Of a stretch of 64,000 nucleotides of DNA, positions 12,201-26,467 are shown in pieces. Position 1 is the stretch's first letter. Each line of letters opens with the position of its first letter. The DNA lies in NCBI RefSeq assembly GCF_036321535.1, contig NC_087447.1:45136001-45200000 (forward strand), read 5' to 3'. The notes beneath the pieces are model-generated. The model made no database searches, was not told where the DNA came from, and saw nothing but the letters and a program-made list of their open reading frames with translations. Made by a program: the position numbers and the translations under genes. This DNA is from Camelus dromedarius (Eukaryota).

Positions 12201-14943
12201 TCCCATGGCGGTCCTGCATTTTAAGTCTCTCAACTTATTCAGGGTTATTCACACTGAGAGGTAAAGGACCAAGAGGAAGAATATGAGGCGAGGTAGAAGT
12301 ATTTACCAAAAGTTTGCTAAGATGGAACAGACACCCTAGGTTTGTTTAATTCAAATCGTAATTGGCATGGACATAGACAGTCAAAAAAAGATGTTTAAAA
12401 AGGTTTCTCATTCATAAAACTGGCATACATAAAGAAAGGGTGGTGACCATCAGTAGGCTGTGATACCTGGCAATTAAAAAATTTTTAAAAATTGAAAAAA
12501 AAATTAGCTGAAATCTTTTGATGTTTGTTCTAGGGCTAACGTTTAAAACAATGATATTGAGGGCCATGAGGCTTTGAAAAAATGCAAGTGGGATAGGGAA
12601 GAAAGTGTTCCAAATTTTTCTTCTTCCTGTTCTTTCAAAATCTCTCAAATTGAACTGGTAAAGCCATCATTCATTTGGGCATTCTCAGGGATAAATGAAA
12701 ATAACTCTTCAGATAATGTTAGGGGAGGGCTGAGATGAAGGGACTCAATGAGAAGATACTTTTTTCTATAAACTATGTTATACCTGCAAAATCACACCTT
12801 CCTTGTTCGATCTTCCTCTCAGATTCTCAGCTCTTAATCTACCCCCTGTGGTATTTCTCTCTCACATGAAGGTGTTCTTACATGAAAAAGGTCACATTCT
12901 CCTTTTGATGCTGAACGAGAACATGTTACTGTTGTGGAAAGAACATCAGGGAAGCTTTGCTTTCCACTTTTCAATTTTAATTCTTAACTAATAGCACGTA
13001 TAAAATTTTTATTTAAAAATCTAATAAGATCAGATGAAAGTTTTTATCTTGAAATAGAGAAAAACATAATAATTTATCAAAATTCCAAGCATGCATGATC
13101 TTTGATCTAAGTGTTCTACTTTTAGGCATTTAACCTATAGAAATACAGTTCTCCCAGAGGTGCACTAAGTAGATTGAATATATTCCTGAATGGATTCCAC
13201 CTTTTTTATAGTAGTGAAACGTGATGACAACAAAATGTCCATTAAAACACCAGTTATTTATTTTGTTATACTTAGCTAATCTCAATAATCAAAACTCCTC
13301 TGAAGTAAGTTATTATCTTTCTTTTTTAAGAGAAGGACGTCAAGCCTTTACGAGATCAAATCTATTTCCCAGTGATAAACAGCTGGTATGTACTGAATGT
13401 GAGATTGAGTAATATTAAGAAAAAAGAGAAAAATAAACTGAACAATCATTGAATGCTTACTGTGTAATGGATAAATGATGTTGTATCATCCTCATCTTCT
13501 TTACAGATGAGTAGAACATGAAATTCATTGGGATTATGCAACCTCTCAAACTCATTGAATTAAGTAAGCAGTAGATCCAAGCTTTAAATCAGCATCTCCT
13601 GACACCTAGCACTGGTCTCTTCTCTACCTGACACTGAATTTCAGGGCTGAGAAGAACTCACTCAAAGAAGAATAAATATTGAGCAGAAAAGTGAGGTCAA
13701 AGAAACTTTAAAATAAGAATTTTATGCGCATACAAACGTATTGCATATTTGCTTCGGGCAGGTTCTTATGCTTTGGAGTAACAGAGATAAAAATCCTTTC
13801 AAAATGAACTCTTTCCTCAAGGAATGCATTCTAGGCAGGATGTAAGGGAACAAACATGAAAAAAGATCTCTAATCAAACAAGAAGAAATATTCTCAGGGC
13901 CCAACAAATTAGTGATTTAGATGAAAAGAAGTGGAGAATCTTAAAAGATGGATTTTTCACTGTGGGCTGAGTACCGAAGTGGACAGAGTTGAGATGTGAG
14001 CTAGGTTTTTGAGGATGAGTTGTTCTTGGGCTAAAATTCGGGTTGAATTGCTCTTCTGAATCTCAGAGGACAACAGGCTAGGCTAATCTCTGGTGTTAAT
14101 AATATAATGATTAGTGAGCAAGTTACCAAATTACACACTTACATTTCTTTAACATTTTATTAAAGAATATATAAATCTATGTCTATTAGATACAAGTAGG
14201 TATTTGACTTATTTTAATGATGACTATAATTTTTAATACAAAGCATATTTGGATGGAAAAGAGTACTCTATCACCATACAGTTATTTATATTTTAAGGAC
14301 AGCTCTTGTCTAGGACAGGTAACAGTAGCCCAGGCTTATTTGATAAAATTTTTTGAAAGGCTTATGTTCATATTTAAGCTGGTGATAAATAGATGTGTCC
14401 ACCTACATATGCTGCTGTGTGTTAGCATCTCTGAACCTGAGTATTTAAACATGTCTAATTATGGATGTGTGTAGAGGACAATAAAAAAATAAATATTATC
14501 CCAGGGGACTATGAAATTCTAGACATGATAGCTCTCAGGGGTTCCCATTGTGAGAAAGATGTTAAACTGGCAAATTTAAATGTCAAAATTATATACAAGT
14601 GATTAGGTACCGTATTAGGGAGAGAATGAAAGTGGGGGCTGAAAAAAGTCTTATTCAAATGGTAGATTCCAGGTAAGTTATCACATTGCTCCTAATTAGT
14701 TTTTCTTGAGATAATGGGGGATCAGAAGTTAATTTGAATAATATATGGAAGAAAGTGGGGTGGGTATTACTACGGATTTATAAAAAAGTCAATCAAAGGA
14801 GGATTTGAGTAGAATGTCTAAATAATTGGAACCTGGATGAAGATAGCACAGGGGTAACTGGAAGATGTAGAGATGGGGAGAAGGTGACTATTGAACAACT
14901 AATAGTACAGAAAGGGATTAAGCTGAGGTCAAGTTGGGAGCAT

Positions 14944-15924
14944 TTATTTAGATTCTTTGGCAAAATCTGAAAACATCTGCTTAGCCCCGTCCAAAATCTG
15001 CTTGGTCCTCACTCCATAAATAATGGGATTGAGCATAGGTAGGATGACCACATAGAGGTTAGCCAGGAGGATGTGGACATAGCGTGGAATGCATTTCCCA
15101 CCAAACCTATAGGCAAAGACAGAAAAGAGGGCAGGGATGTAGAAGAGTAGGATGACACAGACGTGGGAGCCGCAAGTGCTCAGGGCCTTGGACCGGACAC
15201 CTTGAGAAGGGAGGTGGAAGACAGCTCGGAGGATGTGAATGTAGGAAACAGCGATAAGGATGATGTCCAGGCCTGTGGAGAGCAGAGCAGCTGCCAACCT
15301 GTACCAGACATTAGTGGAGATATCAGAGCAGGACAGATGGGCAATGCCCATGTGCTCACAAAATATATGCGTGATGATGTTGATCCGACAGTAGTGCAGG
15401 CTCTTGAGGAGAAAGATGGAAGGAAACATGATGATGAAGCTGCGGGTCAGGGTGGCAGTGGCGATCTTCCCAATGACTGTGCTGGTGAGGATGGTGGCAT
15501 ATCTCAAAGGGGAGCAGATGGCCACGTAGTGGTCAAAGGCCATTGCCAGTAGGACTGCAGAGTCAGCCACGAAGAGGAAGTGGATGAAGAACATCTGGGT
15601 GAGGCAGCCATCAAAGGAAATATGGCTGAAACCGAGCCAGAAGTTGGCCAGTGCTTTGGGCATGGTGGAAGTGGAGAGCAAGATGTCAGCACTGGCCAAC
15701 ATGGACAGGAATATGTACATGGGCTCGTGCAGGCTTGGCTGGGAGAGGATGACACAAATTAAAATGCCATTGCCTGTCATGGCAGCTACATACATGGTGC
15801 AGAAGGGGATGGAGAGCCAGATGTGGAGGTGCTCCAGCCCAGGGATGCCAATCAGGAGGCAGCCAGCCATGCAAGTATCAGAGTTGTTCACAGCAGCTGT
15901 GTTGCTAACAGATAAAAGGGCCAT
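14944..15924 (-). CDS. OR52B6: Class I olfactory receptor OR52B6 orthologue, 326 aa, open ORF with a variant DRY motif (DHY)
   Basis: LHEPMYIFLSML, MAFDHYVAICSPLRY, HIFCEHMG, RSKALSTCGSH, PMLNPIIYGVRTKQI; N- and C-termini (NNSDT..., GAKQMFS..AK.SK) match recalled human OR52B6; adjacent to TRIM6 in the same orientation. Confidence 0.9.
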   Translation of the reverse strand: MALLSVSNTAAVNNSDTCMAGCLLIGIPGLEHLHIWLSIPFCTMYVAAMTGNGILICVILSQPSLHEPMYIFLSMLASADILLSTSTMPKALANFWLGFSHISFDGCLTQMFFIHFLFVADSAVLLAMAFDHYVAICSPLRYATILTSTVIGKIATATLTRSFIIMFPSIFLLKSLHYCRINIITHIFCEHMGIAHLSCSDISTNVWYRLAAALLSTGLDIILIAVSYIHILRAVFHLPSQGVRSKALSTCGSHVCVILLFYIPALFSVFAYRFGGKCIPRYVHILLANLYVVILPMLNPIIYGVRTKQILDGAKQMFSDFAKESK

Positions 15925-16744
15925 GATTTTCTACAGAGTCCTCGCCTGTGCCATAGGAGAAAAAGAGCTTCAGACTCCGTACATTGGCCGAGAGCCCATA
16001 TGGCTTGCAGTCAGCCACGAGGTCAGCGCACGGTCACAGGGCTCTGCACGTGTGTGTATTCCGTACAGGAAATCACAAGCAAGATCTGCACAAAGTGCAC
16101 AGCTCTAGGCCCTGCCCACAGACAGGCTCTGTGTCCTTATTCAGAGACTCCTCGCGCAGCTATAAGATATTCAGGCACCTACAGGGCTCAGAAACATTGC
16201 CAGTGCCAGTAGAGAGCCACGGGTTCTGAGAAGAGCAGGGGTAGCTAGAAAATCAAAAACAATCTCTGTAATCTCTATGGGTATGTGAACTGGAATGAGG
16301 TCTGCAAAAGCCCCAGGCTCTGCACAGAAGGGCTGCAGTCTCGCCCCAAAGAGCAATTGCCCCTGCCTCGCAGACTATGTGGGAAGTTAGGGTTGGGGGC
16401 GGCGTGCCCTGCAGACCCGAGTCTCTCTTCTGCCAGTCACAGATGCTCTGACAATTACAGAGGCGGTGAAGGCAGCTGTGGCATTTAGAAATCACACTGG
16501 ACAGTGTGAAAAATTCTGGTTCAGAGATCTCGGTCAGTGAGACTGTGAGATTTTGGACAAGCTACTGTCTTTTCTAAGAAACAATTGTTCAATCTTGAAA
16601 ATGAGCGTTAAGTGTTGTCCCGGAGGTGTGTCACGTTAAATTTTGTCTGTGGAAGCCTTATTAAACTGTGTGGTGCTTCTGGAGTCACCTCTGTGGCTCT
16701 GAAGTGTGGTGTCATCACCCAGAACATGAAGGAAGGTGTGGAGC

Positions 16745-16915
16745 AATTCTTCTCAGAGCGCCGTCCCCGGGCCAGCATCATCCACGTCACCAGGGGACTT
16801 GCAAGTTCTTGCACCACAGACTTTATGAATCAGAAACTCTGAGGTTGGAGCAGCAATCTCTATTTTAGCAAGATCACCCGGTGATACTAATTTATGCTGA
16901 AGTTTGTGAACAACT
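16745..16915 (+). mobile_element. MER5A-like hAT-Charlie MITE
   Basis: TTCTTCTCAGAGCG...CCCCGGGCCAGCATCATC...TGAATCAGAAACTCTGAGG...TGCTGAAGTTTGTGAACAACTG. Confidence 0.65.
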
Positions 16916-17671
16916 GATGCGAGGACTGATGCTTTTACTTTCTCCTCTATCTAGTCTAGATGGCGATCTCATAGGACCAGAAACTTCTCAAACCTGATAG
17001 TTTCTGCTGCATTGTCCGTGAAAATGCTCGGGCTTCAACTAAAACTAAGCAGTGCTTTCCTCAACTCATGTGAAGTAAATGACACAATCATAGCAATAGA
17101 CTTTACCACACGTTAGACCCTTTGACCCCTCCTCGATCCTGTTAAACTGTTCTCAGAAAGGCGATGAAACCTTTACCGCCGCCCAGATCCCTGTTCCTGC
17201 CTCTCAGTTGAACTTCCTTCCTACCTGAGACTTCGGGACTGTCAGGAGCCAACTCCTCACTTTATTATTCCACTCCTGTAAATTTATCTTTTATCTCTGC
17301 AAGCATTTCTCCACTCAGAGAAAGTAATGTCGATGCCACGCCTGCATTTTGATGTCTCCTCCCTTAGAGCTGTGGTACATTTCACTTTACCTAGGCACAG
17401 GAAAGCTCGTGAAGTCATTTATTTATTTAGAGAGTAAAAGACAATATAAATCAATTATTTTTTATCCTAGTCACAAACAACTATAAATTCAAGTGAAAAT
17501 TTCTTTTTATATTTAACTCAAATTTTCAAAGCCTCTGCGTTAAGATTTACAAAATATTGCCAGAAGAGATTTTTTGAAAACGTAAATAAATGGAGACGTA
17601 TATCATGTACCAGATCAGAAGACTCAATGGCTTGTTAAAATATAAATTTTCTCAAAATAAATACGTAGTTT

Positions 17672-17815
17672 NNNNNNNNNNNNNNNNNNNNNNNNNNNNN
17701 NNNNNNNNNNNNNNNNNNNNNNNNNNNNNNNNNNNNNNNNNNNNNNNNNNNNNNNNNNNNNNNNNNNNNNNNNNNNNNNNNNNNNNNNNNNNNNNNNNNN
17801 NNNNNNNNNNNNNNN
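17672..17815. other. Assembly gap (144 N)
   Basis: Run of N. Confidence 1.
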
Positions 17816-20460
17816 TATTGCCATTTTATTTTTGTGGGCTTATCTTAAATTACTTTTAAAAATAAGCTGGATATACACACACCATACCAAAAAACACACA
17901 AGAACACAAATATACATATATACATATTTGCATATATGTGTATGTCTATAAGTGTGCACATGTGTGTAAGTATTTATGTATGTATGTACATCTCCAAGAA
18001 TAATTTGCCCACCTATTCTCTGAATCCACTTTCTTTCCTACCTCCTCAAGGACTTTGTTCCATCAATTATCTCTTCTTTTCTTTATCATCTGTTACTCCT
18101 GATTTCTTGAGTATTTACATTTATGAACATTCAAATACTTTTAACCTTGAAAGTAAACAAAAATTTAACTACTATAATAAAAAATAGCTTATTCACCTAG
18201 CTTGTCTCACTTTTTGTTCTATCTTCTTTCCTCCAAAATCATACCTTTCATTAGCTACTCATTTTGGCTTTGATTTCTTTGCCCTCCACTGGTTCTTCTC
18301 TTGCCCCTGAACTTCCATCCTAGTCCTCACGAAGGGCTCCTCTGTCCTTGCAGGCTGGACCCCTGCTGGTGTTTCCTACTGGTGTCTCTATACTCCCCTC
18401 ACTCTTCATGCTACCTGGCCAAGCTGCTCACCAGCCTTGGCTTCATTTAGCCTGCATGTACTAAGACCTCCCAAATCTACAGTTGCCATTTATTTTGCTT
18501 TTCAGACTCCAGATCTGCTTATCCGAAGACCTCCCCACTGGTCTCCTAGCCTGCAGTCCTTTCAGTATCTATTTTATTTCCAAAAAATCATTTCAAGCAC
18601 ATTACGTACTTGATTACAGATAATTTCCCATTGCTTAATAGATTCATATACACATGTTCCATGCTTTCTCTACTGATACTGGTCAAGATGCACATCTCCA
18701 AACCTGCTCTTCTTTCTCTGTGGTCTTTTGTGCATTCCACTTCCTCTGTCTCCACCCTCCTCATTAATCTAGCTAGTCTATAGTTCTCATTCAGGAAGAC
18801 TTTTCTCATTTTCCAAGGCTGGGTTATGCATGTCCTCTGTGCTCCTATATTCCCCTGCACTTATCTATTTCTTTTTCAAGCACTTATCACACTGAAATAT
18901 TACCATCTCTGATATATCATGCAGGACACATACAAATACCATAAAAATCAGGGGTTTATAATCACAGATCTTCTGTCCTCACATTATTTTCTTGTCTGTA
19001 GTCTGTGTCATTCATTGTGTTTATTCTTTCCACAGTATCACTCAACACACTCATCACTACATGCTCCCACTTTTGTCAGTCACATCAGCACCTGCACAAA
19101 GTTTTCTTCTCCAGTTTCAGTTCTCCATCTAAATAATCAACTTCCAAGGCAGGCTTTGTTCACAGTTTCTTCCTATCATTTATTCATGTGACTTCTGCTT
19201 TCATTCCAGTTTAGGCATCCATTGATGTTGACTCACCCCCAAACTAGGGAGCAAGTCCAAGTACTCTGCTTAAAGTTATCTGTCTGATAGCCTACTTTTT
19301 CAGAACTTCTACTTTTTAAATGCCCAATTTTCTTGCCCACTGATTCCTGCTTCTGTCATCTTTGGAAAAATTACCAGAAAAAAAGTGTCTCTTCTATAAT
19401 GAATTCCTTTTTCTACCTGTTTTTGAATCCTTTACCTGACTGCTCTGCCCAGGAACTTTGTCCTTTTAAAGTGGTCCACCAAATGCAGTAGAATAACTTT
19501 TCTTGCCTTTGCTCCTTAATGTCTAAGGGCAGAACATCGTGTTTACGATTCTTGCGTCCTCCTTAGGAGTCAAGGATCACTTACTCATCAATCTCTCCAT
19601 CCTCACCTGGACAATGACCCTCCAAACTTCTCCCTTTTGACTTCCCAGGAAAACACAATTCACTCTAGCTACCCTGGACAAATTTTTCTTTCAGCCCTCC
19701 ACTCCTTGAACATTGCTACAGAGCTTTCCACTTACCTGGTTCCCATTCTCCATCCATCTTGCCATATTAATAACCTCCTCTCAATCCTGAAGTATCTGAC
19801 CCAGACTTACCTCCCCAATGCCACCTTCTCGGACTCACAGTTTCTCAATTCAACATTTCATACACAGCTGAGGCTTCCTTAATATACAGAACTGAATCTT
19901 GGGTCTTGCTTCATATGGTGTTTACTTCCTCTTCTCCTTTGGGAGCAAAAATTCTCCTCCCTTTGTGTTCTTCCCTTCCTCATTCATACTGTAGTGTGTG
20001 TCAGTTCTTCATTTCTTTGTGTGCTAAGTAATATTTTAATGAATTGATGTATCATATTGTGTACCTCCATTTGCCCATCAGTGGACATTTGGGCTATTTC
20101 CGTCTTTGGGCTATTATGAATAATGCTGTTGTAAACATGTGTACGTCATGGCGATTTCTTCCGAGCACTTCTGGAACTTGAGAATCACCTGTGGTAACGT
20201 GAAGGCAGACGTGGCAGCTTCTTCATTCTGATATTTTTTACGGTTTGACCTCAGATACAGTAGTTTCTTCACTGAAATATTATTCTAACAGTCCGGCTCC
20301 CTTTTTTTGGAAACTGTTCTTTCAACTCTTTCAAATGTATTTAAAATTAGTATCAAATTATTCTCCAGGATTTCTGTATCAATAGACAGTCATACAAGTC
20401 TGTGTGTACCTTGTATAAGACTATCCTTTGCCCCATAGTTAAATGCTATTCATTCAATTT

Positions 20461-20504
<44 letters not shown>
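20461..20504. repeat. (TA)n microsatellite
   Basis: TA dinucleotide run with one TG interruption. Confidence 0.95.
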
Positions 20505-20505
<1 letters not shown>

Positions 20506-20999
20506 TTATTTATTTATTGAGAACTTGCTGAGGATAACCAAACAGAGAAAGCCATTGCTCTCGTGGAACTTACATTCTAGAGAAGAGAGATAGATACTAA
20601 TAAGTAATAAACAAATGAATCATCACATGACAGGTTGTGATAAGTGTTATGAAGGAAAATAAAGATAATGAGGTTGAGAATAATGGGGGCAGCGAGTTGG
20701 TGCTATTTTAGATTGGGTCATCAGGGTGATATTTAATCAGAGACTTGAATAAATTGAAGGAAGCAAACATTCAGAGTTCTGGTTGAAGATCATCCCTAGT
20801 AGAGACAAAATTAATTGCCTCGAACCTAGAGACATGGGCTTGCTTGGAGTATCTGAGGACTAGGAAGTGGCATACTGTGGCTGGAGAATCAGTAGGGGTG
20901 AGCAGTTGGGTGGGAAGAGGCCAAACCATGCCGAGTTTTGTAAGTCATGCAATATAGATTGTAAATTTTATTCTTAGTGAGCTAGAAAAACATAGTAAG

Positions 21000-21800
21000 C
21001 GGTTTTGTTTTGTTTTGTTTTTAAAGCTTTTTATTTTGAAATAATTATACATTCACAGAAGTTTACAAGAAGTGTGCTGGGAATTCCCAAGCCTTCTATT
21101 CCAGCCTTTCCTTTAAGTTAACCTCTTAACAACTATACTACAGAATCAAGCCCAAGAGATTGATCGGCACAATCTATAGAGCTCATTCCAGTTCCATCAT
21201 TTATACATGCATTCATTTGTGTGTGTGTGTGTGTGTGTGTGTCTGTGCGCAGCTCTGTACAGTTTTATCACATGTGTAGCCTATCATAACACCACGAAAA
21301 TCATGATATTCAGCTGTTACAGGACCACAAGCTTCATCTCCTTTAGCCACAACCATCCCCTCCCTCTTCCCTAACCCTTGGTAACCACTAAACTATTCTC
21401 CATTTCTATAATTAGGTTATTTTACCAATGTTTCACAAATTTAATTATGCAGTATGTTTTTTTTTAGGGGGGGATAGCTTTTTCACTCAGCAGAATTTCT
21501 TTGAGGTTTATCTAAATTGTTGAGTGTATTAATAATTTGTTTCTATTTATTGCTGAGTAGTATTCCACTATGAAACTGAACCACAATATTTAACCGTTCA
21601 CCCTTTGAAAGACATTTGTATAGTCTTCAGTTTTTGGCTATTATAAGTAAAGCTTTATGAATATCCAGGTACAAGTTTATTCATGAAAATATCTTTTATT
21701 TCTCTGGGATAAATGCCCAAAGTTCCTGGGTCATATGGTAAGTTCATTTTTAGTTTTAAAAAGAACTGCCAGGCAATTTTCCATAGTGGTTGTTGGGAAA
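21000..21800 (-). mobile_element. L1MA/MB-type 3'-end fragment with internal (TG)n at about 21218-21242
   Basis: T-rich tail, CCCTTGGTAACCACTAAACTATTCTCCATTTCTATA, TTGCTGAGTAGTATTCCA, TCTCTGGGATAAATGCCCAA. Confidence 0.8.
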
Positions 21801-21849
21801 AAAATGGAACTGAGAAATTATATGTTATGACCTATATGTTTAGAAATAT

Positions 21850-22700
21850 TACTGGCTTTTACATGGAAAGTAAACTGAAGAGACACCATTTAAGAAGATA
21901 TTACAATATAGACAGAGATTATGGCCAGGTGGACTAAAGAGGGAAAGTTAGAGTTCTTGGAAATTGTCAGATTTTGAATGCATTTTGATAGTAGAACAGA
22001 ATTTAATGATGACCGCACATGTGATATAAGAGAAAAAATCAAGGATGATTACGAGGTTATTGGTCTGAGCAACTGGAATAATGGAGTCGTCACGGTGATA
22101 GAGATGATTTAAGGACAGGAAGGAAGAGTCTGATATCGGGCATGTCAGCCTGAAATGCTTATCAGGAATCCAGGTGGCCATGCTGAGAAAGCAGCTGGAT
22201 CGGGGAATCTGGAGGATACATTTAGGAGTTAAACACGAATAAATGTCACTTAATGTGCACACACTGTGTCAGGTCATCTCTCTGGAGAAAAATGAGGAAG
22301 AGAAGAGGAGACAGTTGGAGACTGAGTACTGGGATAATTCAAAATTTAGAAAAAGGAAAGAGACAGAGGACCTAGAAAAGGGGACAGTACAGAGCAGCCA
22401 GTGCAGTAGAAGAGGGGATAGGAGAAAACAGAAAAACCCAGACACGAAGAGAGAAAAATCAAAGTAGGTGAGAGTGTTTACAATTGTCTAATGTTGCTCA
22501 TTTGTTGAATAAAGTAAAGATGAAGAATTGCTCATGAGATGAGGTATTATGGAGGTCACTGGGCACAAGGCAGAAGGCAGTTCCAGGGGATGGTAGAGAC
22601 TGAGAGTGTTTGGAGAGAATGGGGAGAGAGAAGTGGAAACTGTAATGAAGGAAATATTTTTCTCATATTTTACAGATTATTGCAAGAGAAGAGAGAGATG
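21850..22700 (-). mobile_element. L2 LINE relic
   Basis: GGTTATTGGTCTGAGCAACTGGAATAATGGAG...CCAGGTGGCCATGCTGAGAAAGCAGCTGGAT: purine-rich antisense L2 pattern. Confidence 0.6.
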
Positions 22701-25412
22701 CCAGTGATTTTCAAAACATTAATTTGCAACCTGTTACTGAAATAAACTCTTATATTAGCCATTTCTAGCACAGAAAACTTACAAAGATAGTACAGAAAGC
22801 CCTGTAATTAATAATAAGATATTATTACAAATCTTACATTATGACACATTTGTTATAATCAATGAGCCAATATTGGTACATTATTATTAATTAAGGTAGA
22901 GATATATTAACTCAAGTCCATTTCTGATATACTGTGTAACACAAAGATTTATTCCTGTTTACACTGTATTTGCAGTACAAATAGTGGTGTATAATTCTTG
23001 AAGATTATTTATACAGACAAGTAACCTTACAGTTCTTTGGTATAATAGATAATATAATGTATGTATCCATGTATATCCTTTATTACATATAACAGCTAAT
23101 AATAATGAACGCCTTTGGGGCATTTAGTGTATGTCTTACAGATTCAGGAAATAACTCATGCTTATTAGGAAGAGCTGTAACTTAGACTTATTTTGATACA
23201 GCTTTCTAGAATGGCATGCATCTGCCACATTTTCAACAGCCACTTTATAATTAAATGTATTTGTTCCAAAGAATTATAATCTTGCTGGTTTGATTAAGAG
23301 ACCAGTCAGTAGTAAAGACAGTTTCTGTTTCTGTGACTCATTGTTTCTTAGGGACATCTTGTTTTACTTGGTTTTGTGCTCAGACTATGATATATTTATT
23401 CTATATTCTCAAATTGTCTACTTTAGGAACTGTGAGGAGTCTGGAATTTTATTCTATTTGCAAGCTACCAAGTTAGCCTGCCACAGTTTCATGAGGCTAG
23501 TAGAAGACACAAAACTCCTGGGTCAGAGACAGGACACTTCAGTGCACACAGCAGTGGCAGATTTCCCTAGATTTAACCTACTGTTCTTTTTTTGTTCCAG
23601 AGTCCCATCCAGGAAACCTCATTACATTTAGTTGTCATGTTTCCTGAGGCTCCTTTTGGAAGCAACAGTTTCGTTTTTAAATGTTTTCCATCTCTTACTA
23701 TTTTACTTTAATTTTTAAAAATTACTTCTTTGTGTATGTTATGTGTTTTTATTGGAAAATGTTTAATTTATTCTTCTATGTTGTTGAAATGGATGGAGTT
23801 GATGTCACTGTGTTCCCAATTTGATTTTTTTTGCCAGAGAATCAACTCTGACTTTTGAAACGAGAGAAAGACAGTTTCATGTGAGAAGCTGAGAGACCTG
23901 CAAGAACTCACTCACACAGACAGAATCAAAAGAATAAATGTAATTTTTAGGGAGGCAGAAGTTTATTTTACCCATTTTTATGTGCCGCAATTGATCTACC
24001 AAGCTAGTCAGCGTGCAGCCACCTTTAATATCTTGTTCTGTGTTCTCTTCTGATATTCTAGACTTAATATTTATATCTGAATTAGTAAAATGCAAAGAAT
24101 AGTTAGCACCACAAAATTACAATGTATCTTCAGCTCTTTCTCCAATGTAAAGCTGCATCTGCATTATAAATCCATTACACTGTTATAAAAGACAATTCAA
24201 GTAAGAAATGTCTCTGTAAGACACTGAGATCTATGGTAGTTTTTTGTTGTTGTTGTTTTGTTTTGTTTTTTTGTGGCAATGTATTAACAGCATCAATAAA
24301 ATGAAAGAATAGTATTGGAAGTGAGAAAAATGTGGTGTCAAGTGTAACTTCTAGGTTTCTACCATTAGCAGCTGGATGATCACTTTGAATTCAACAAATT
24401 CTAATGATACATCTCCAGCCACTCGGTAGGAGTTAAATAGTCAGTGATGTAAGGGAGTAGTTTATGTAAAAGTTTAACTCATCTATCTTGCTCAGAAGTT
24501 GCTGAGTTTTTTTCGTCCAAAAAGTATTTCAATGCAGTTACAAGTAGAGCCCAGAAAGCCTCATTCAGTGAAATAAAAGGTGATATAACAATCCAGGAAA
24601 ACTCTCACTTGATGGAGGAGTTGGGGCTGAGGAACTGAATGCACCAGAATTTGGAGGACATGGAAAAACTGGTATTCACATCTGTCCTACAACCCTATCA
24701 TCTGGAACTCACTAGCATCCCTAATCAATCAGCTGTCTTGTCTCCAAACATTCACATAAATCATCTTCTGGGACCCAGAATTCTAAATATCATCATCACA
24801 CCATTCTTCTGAGTCAGAGCCTGGTGCCTACCTACTTTAATTCATTTATTCTTTCAAAAAGTGTTAATTGACTAGTCTATACAGGTCATACCTTGAAGAA
24901 TCCTGGCACTTTCCGGTTTCTTACCTCTGTCTAAAACCCTGAATCATATCCTATGGGTATATGCTGTCATTTCTAGGCTAGGAAAATGTTAATGTAAACA
25001 ATTAGGTACTAATAATATTGTCTGGGGACTGGAGTTCCTGGAATTCCCCCAGGTTTTTAGAGTCCTCATTTTTTTCAGAGTTCCCACCACCCCCTGAGAA
25101 AACCAACAGATAAAAGGTTATGTCGTCCAGGTGTGTCTGTCTTTCCTGGCTGGAATTAAATTTCTTTCTCCCTATGCCTCACCTTCCTTTCTGTCTTCGT
25201 ATATGTCCTCCTCAATTGTGTTATGTTCTATCCTGCATCTTTGTGTTCTCATCCTTGGAGCTATCCTCTACAAGCTCTCTACTGGCTTTCTAACCCAGCA
25301 CTAACCTCAAAATCAGGTGTCTGTGAGTATCATCTGAGTGTGGTAATGGTGGCGATGGTGGTACAAGTTTGGGGAGGCAGAATGGGAAAGATCCAGGTAG
25401 CGTAAAGGGTCC

Positions 25413-25555
25413 TGTGATAGGCAGAATAGTGAATGGTCCCTCAAACACATGCACATTCTAATCCCTGGAACCTGGGCATATGTTATAAGTCAAAGAAGAT
25501 TTATGGTTGATAATCAGCTGACTTTAAAATAGGGGGATTATAGTGGATTATCTCA
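25413..25555 (+). mobile_element. MLT1 (ERVL-MaLR) LTR 5' fragment
   Basis: TGTGATAGGCAGAATAGTGAATGGTCCCTCAAA...ATTCTAATCCCTGGAACCTG...GATTATAGTGGATTATCT. Confidence 0.65.
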
Positions 25556-26467
25556 ATCATTTATGAAGGATAGCTACGTACCTAGGAAAGAGAGTCTAAG
25601 AGAATAAGTAGGAGAATAATGCAAAGCTCAATATAACTATCTGATAGCTTCTTGGTATAACAATTAAGAACCGTGATTGTACAGAGGAGTAGACTGTGTG
25701 GTTCAGCTATACTAAAGAACATTTCTTGTAGACATTAGCACTTGTAGGGATCAGGAGTAATAAGTAGAATTTCGACATGTTGAAAGAAGACAAGGTTGCA
25801 TTTCTGGAAAATACAGCAGTATACTCAATGAAAGGTAGGAGTGATGGAGAAATATAGAGAGGCCTATATAGATGCTTTTTAGGGAGCAGTGTAAGACGCA
25901 GTCACATAGGGAGATCTAATGTATTAAGGAAAGCACCGACTGCCAAACTTATGTATTCTGTAGTCACGATGAGTGTGATTATGCACTTTTAAACAAGGTT
26001 GCCAATGTCTTGATAACATCATGTTTTCGAGAGAGCAATATGGCAGCAAAGATGAAGAAAAGACTTTCAAAACAATGGAAGAACGGAAATTCTTATTCTA
26101 TGGTTCCAATTAGTGATTAAGATGAATTGAGTAGGTGAGGATGTGAAGAAAAAAGGGAATAAGTGATCAAACAGAGATTTCAGACAAGGATCCTATGAGC
26201 TGGCAGATAAGATATAGAGACTGAAGAAGAAAAAAAAGTCACAGTGAACCCTCAGATTCCTGTTCCAGAAGTGGGAGAATGATGCAATCATAAAGTAGGG
26301 TAGCTGGTCAGGAGGTTAGCAGGTGTAAGAAGATACTGAGTCTTGGATAATGATGTGCTAGTTGACCGAATATTTAGATGAAGATTTTCCTCCAGATACT
26401 GAAGAAGCAGGGGCAAGTAGGCAGCAGTAGATTAACTCAACAGAGTCCTAATGATACATTGGTTTTA

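Noticed and set aside
15931-15954. Upstream in-frame ATG (MAQARTL*) with a TAG before OR52B6, resembling the human-annotated N-terminal extension
   Set aside because: A good acceptor (CTCTTTTTCTCCTATGGCACAG|G, exon start 15945) places that ATG in the intron and the TAG in the 5' UTR, so it is not a pseudogenising lesion
15163-16108. Antisense and alternate-frame ORFs overlapping OR coding regions (also 27427-27912, 39924-40497, 47067-47778, 57577-58856)
   Set aside because: Shadow ORFs caused by the codon bias of the real OR genes
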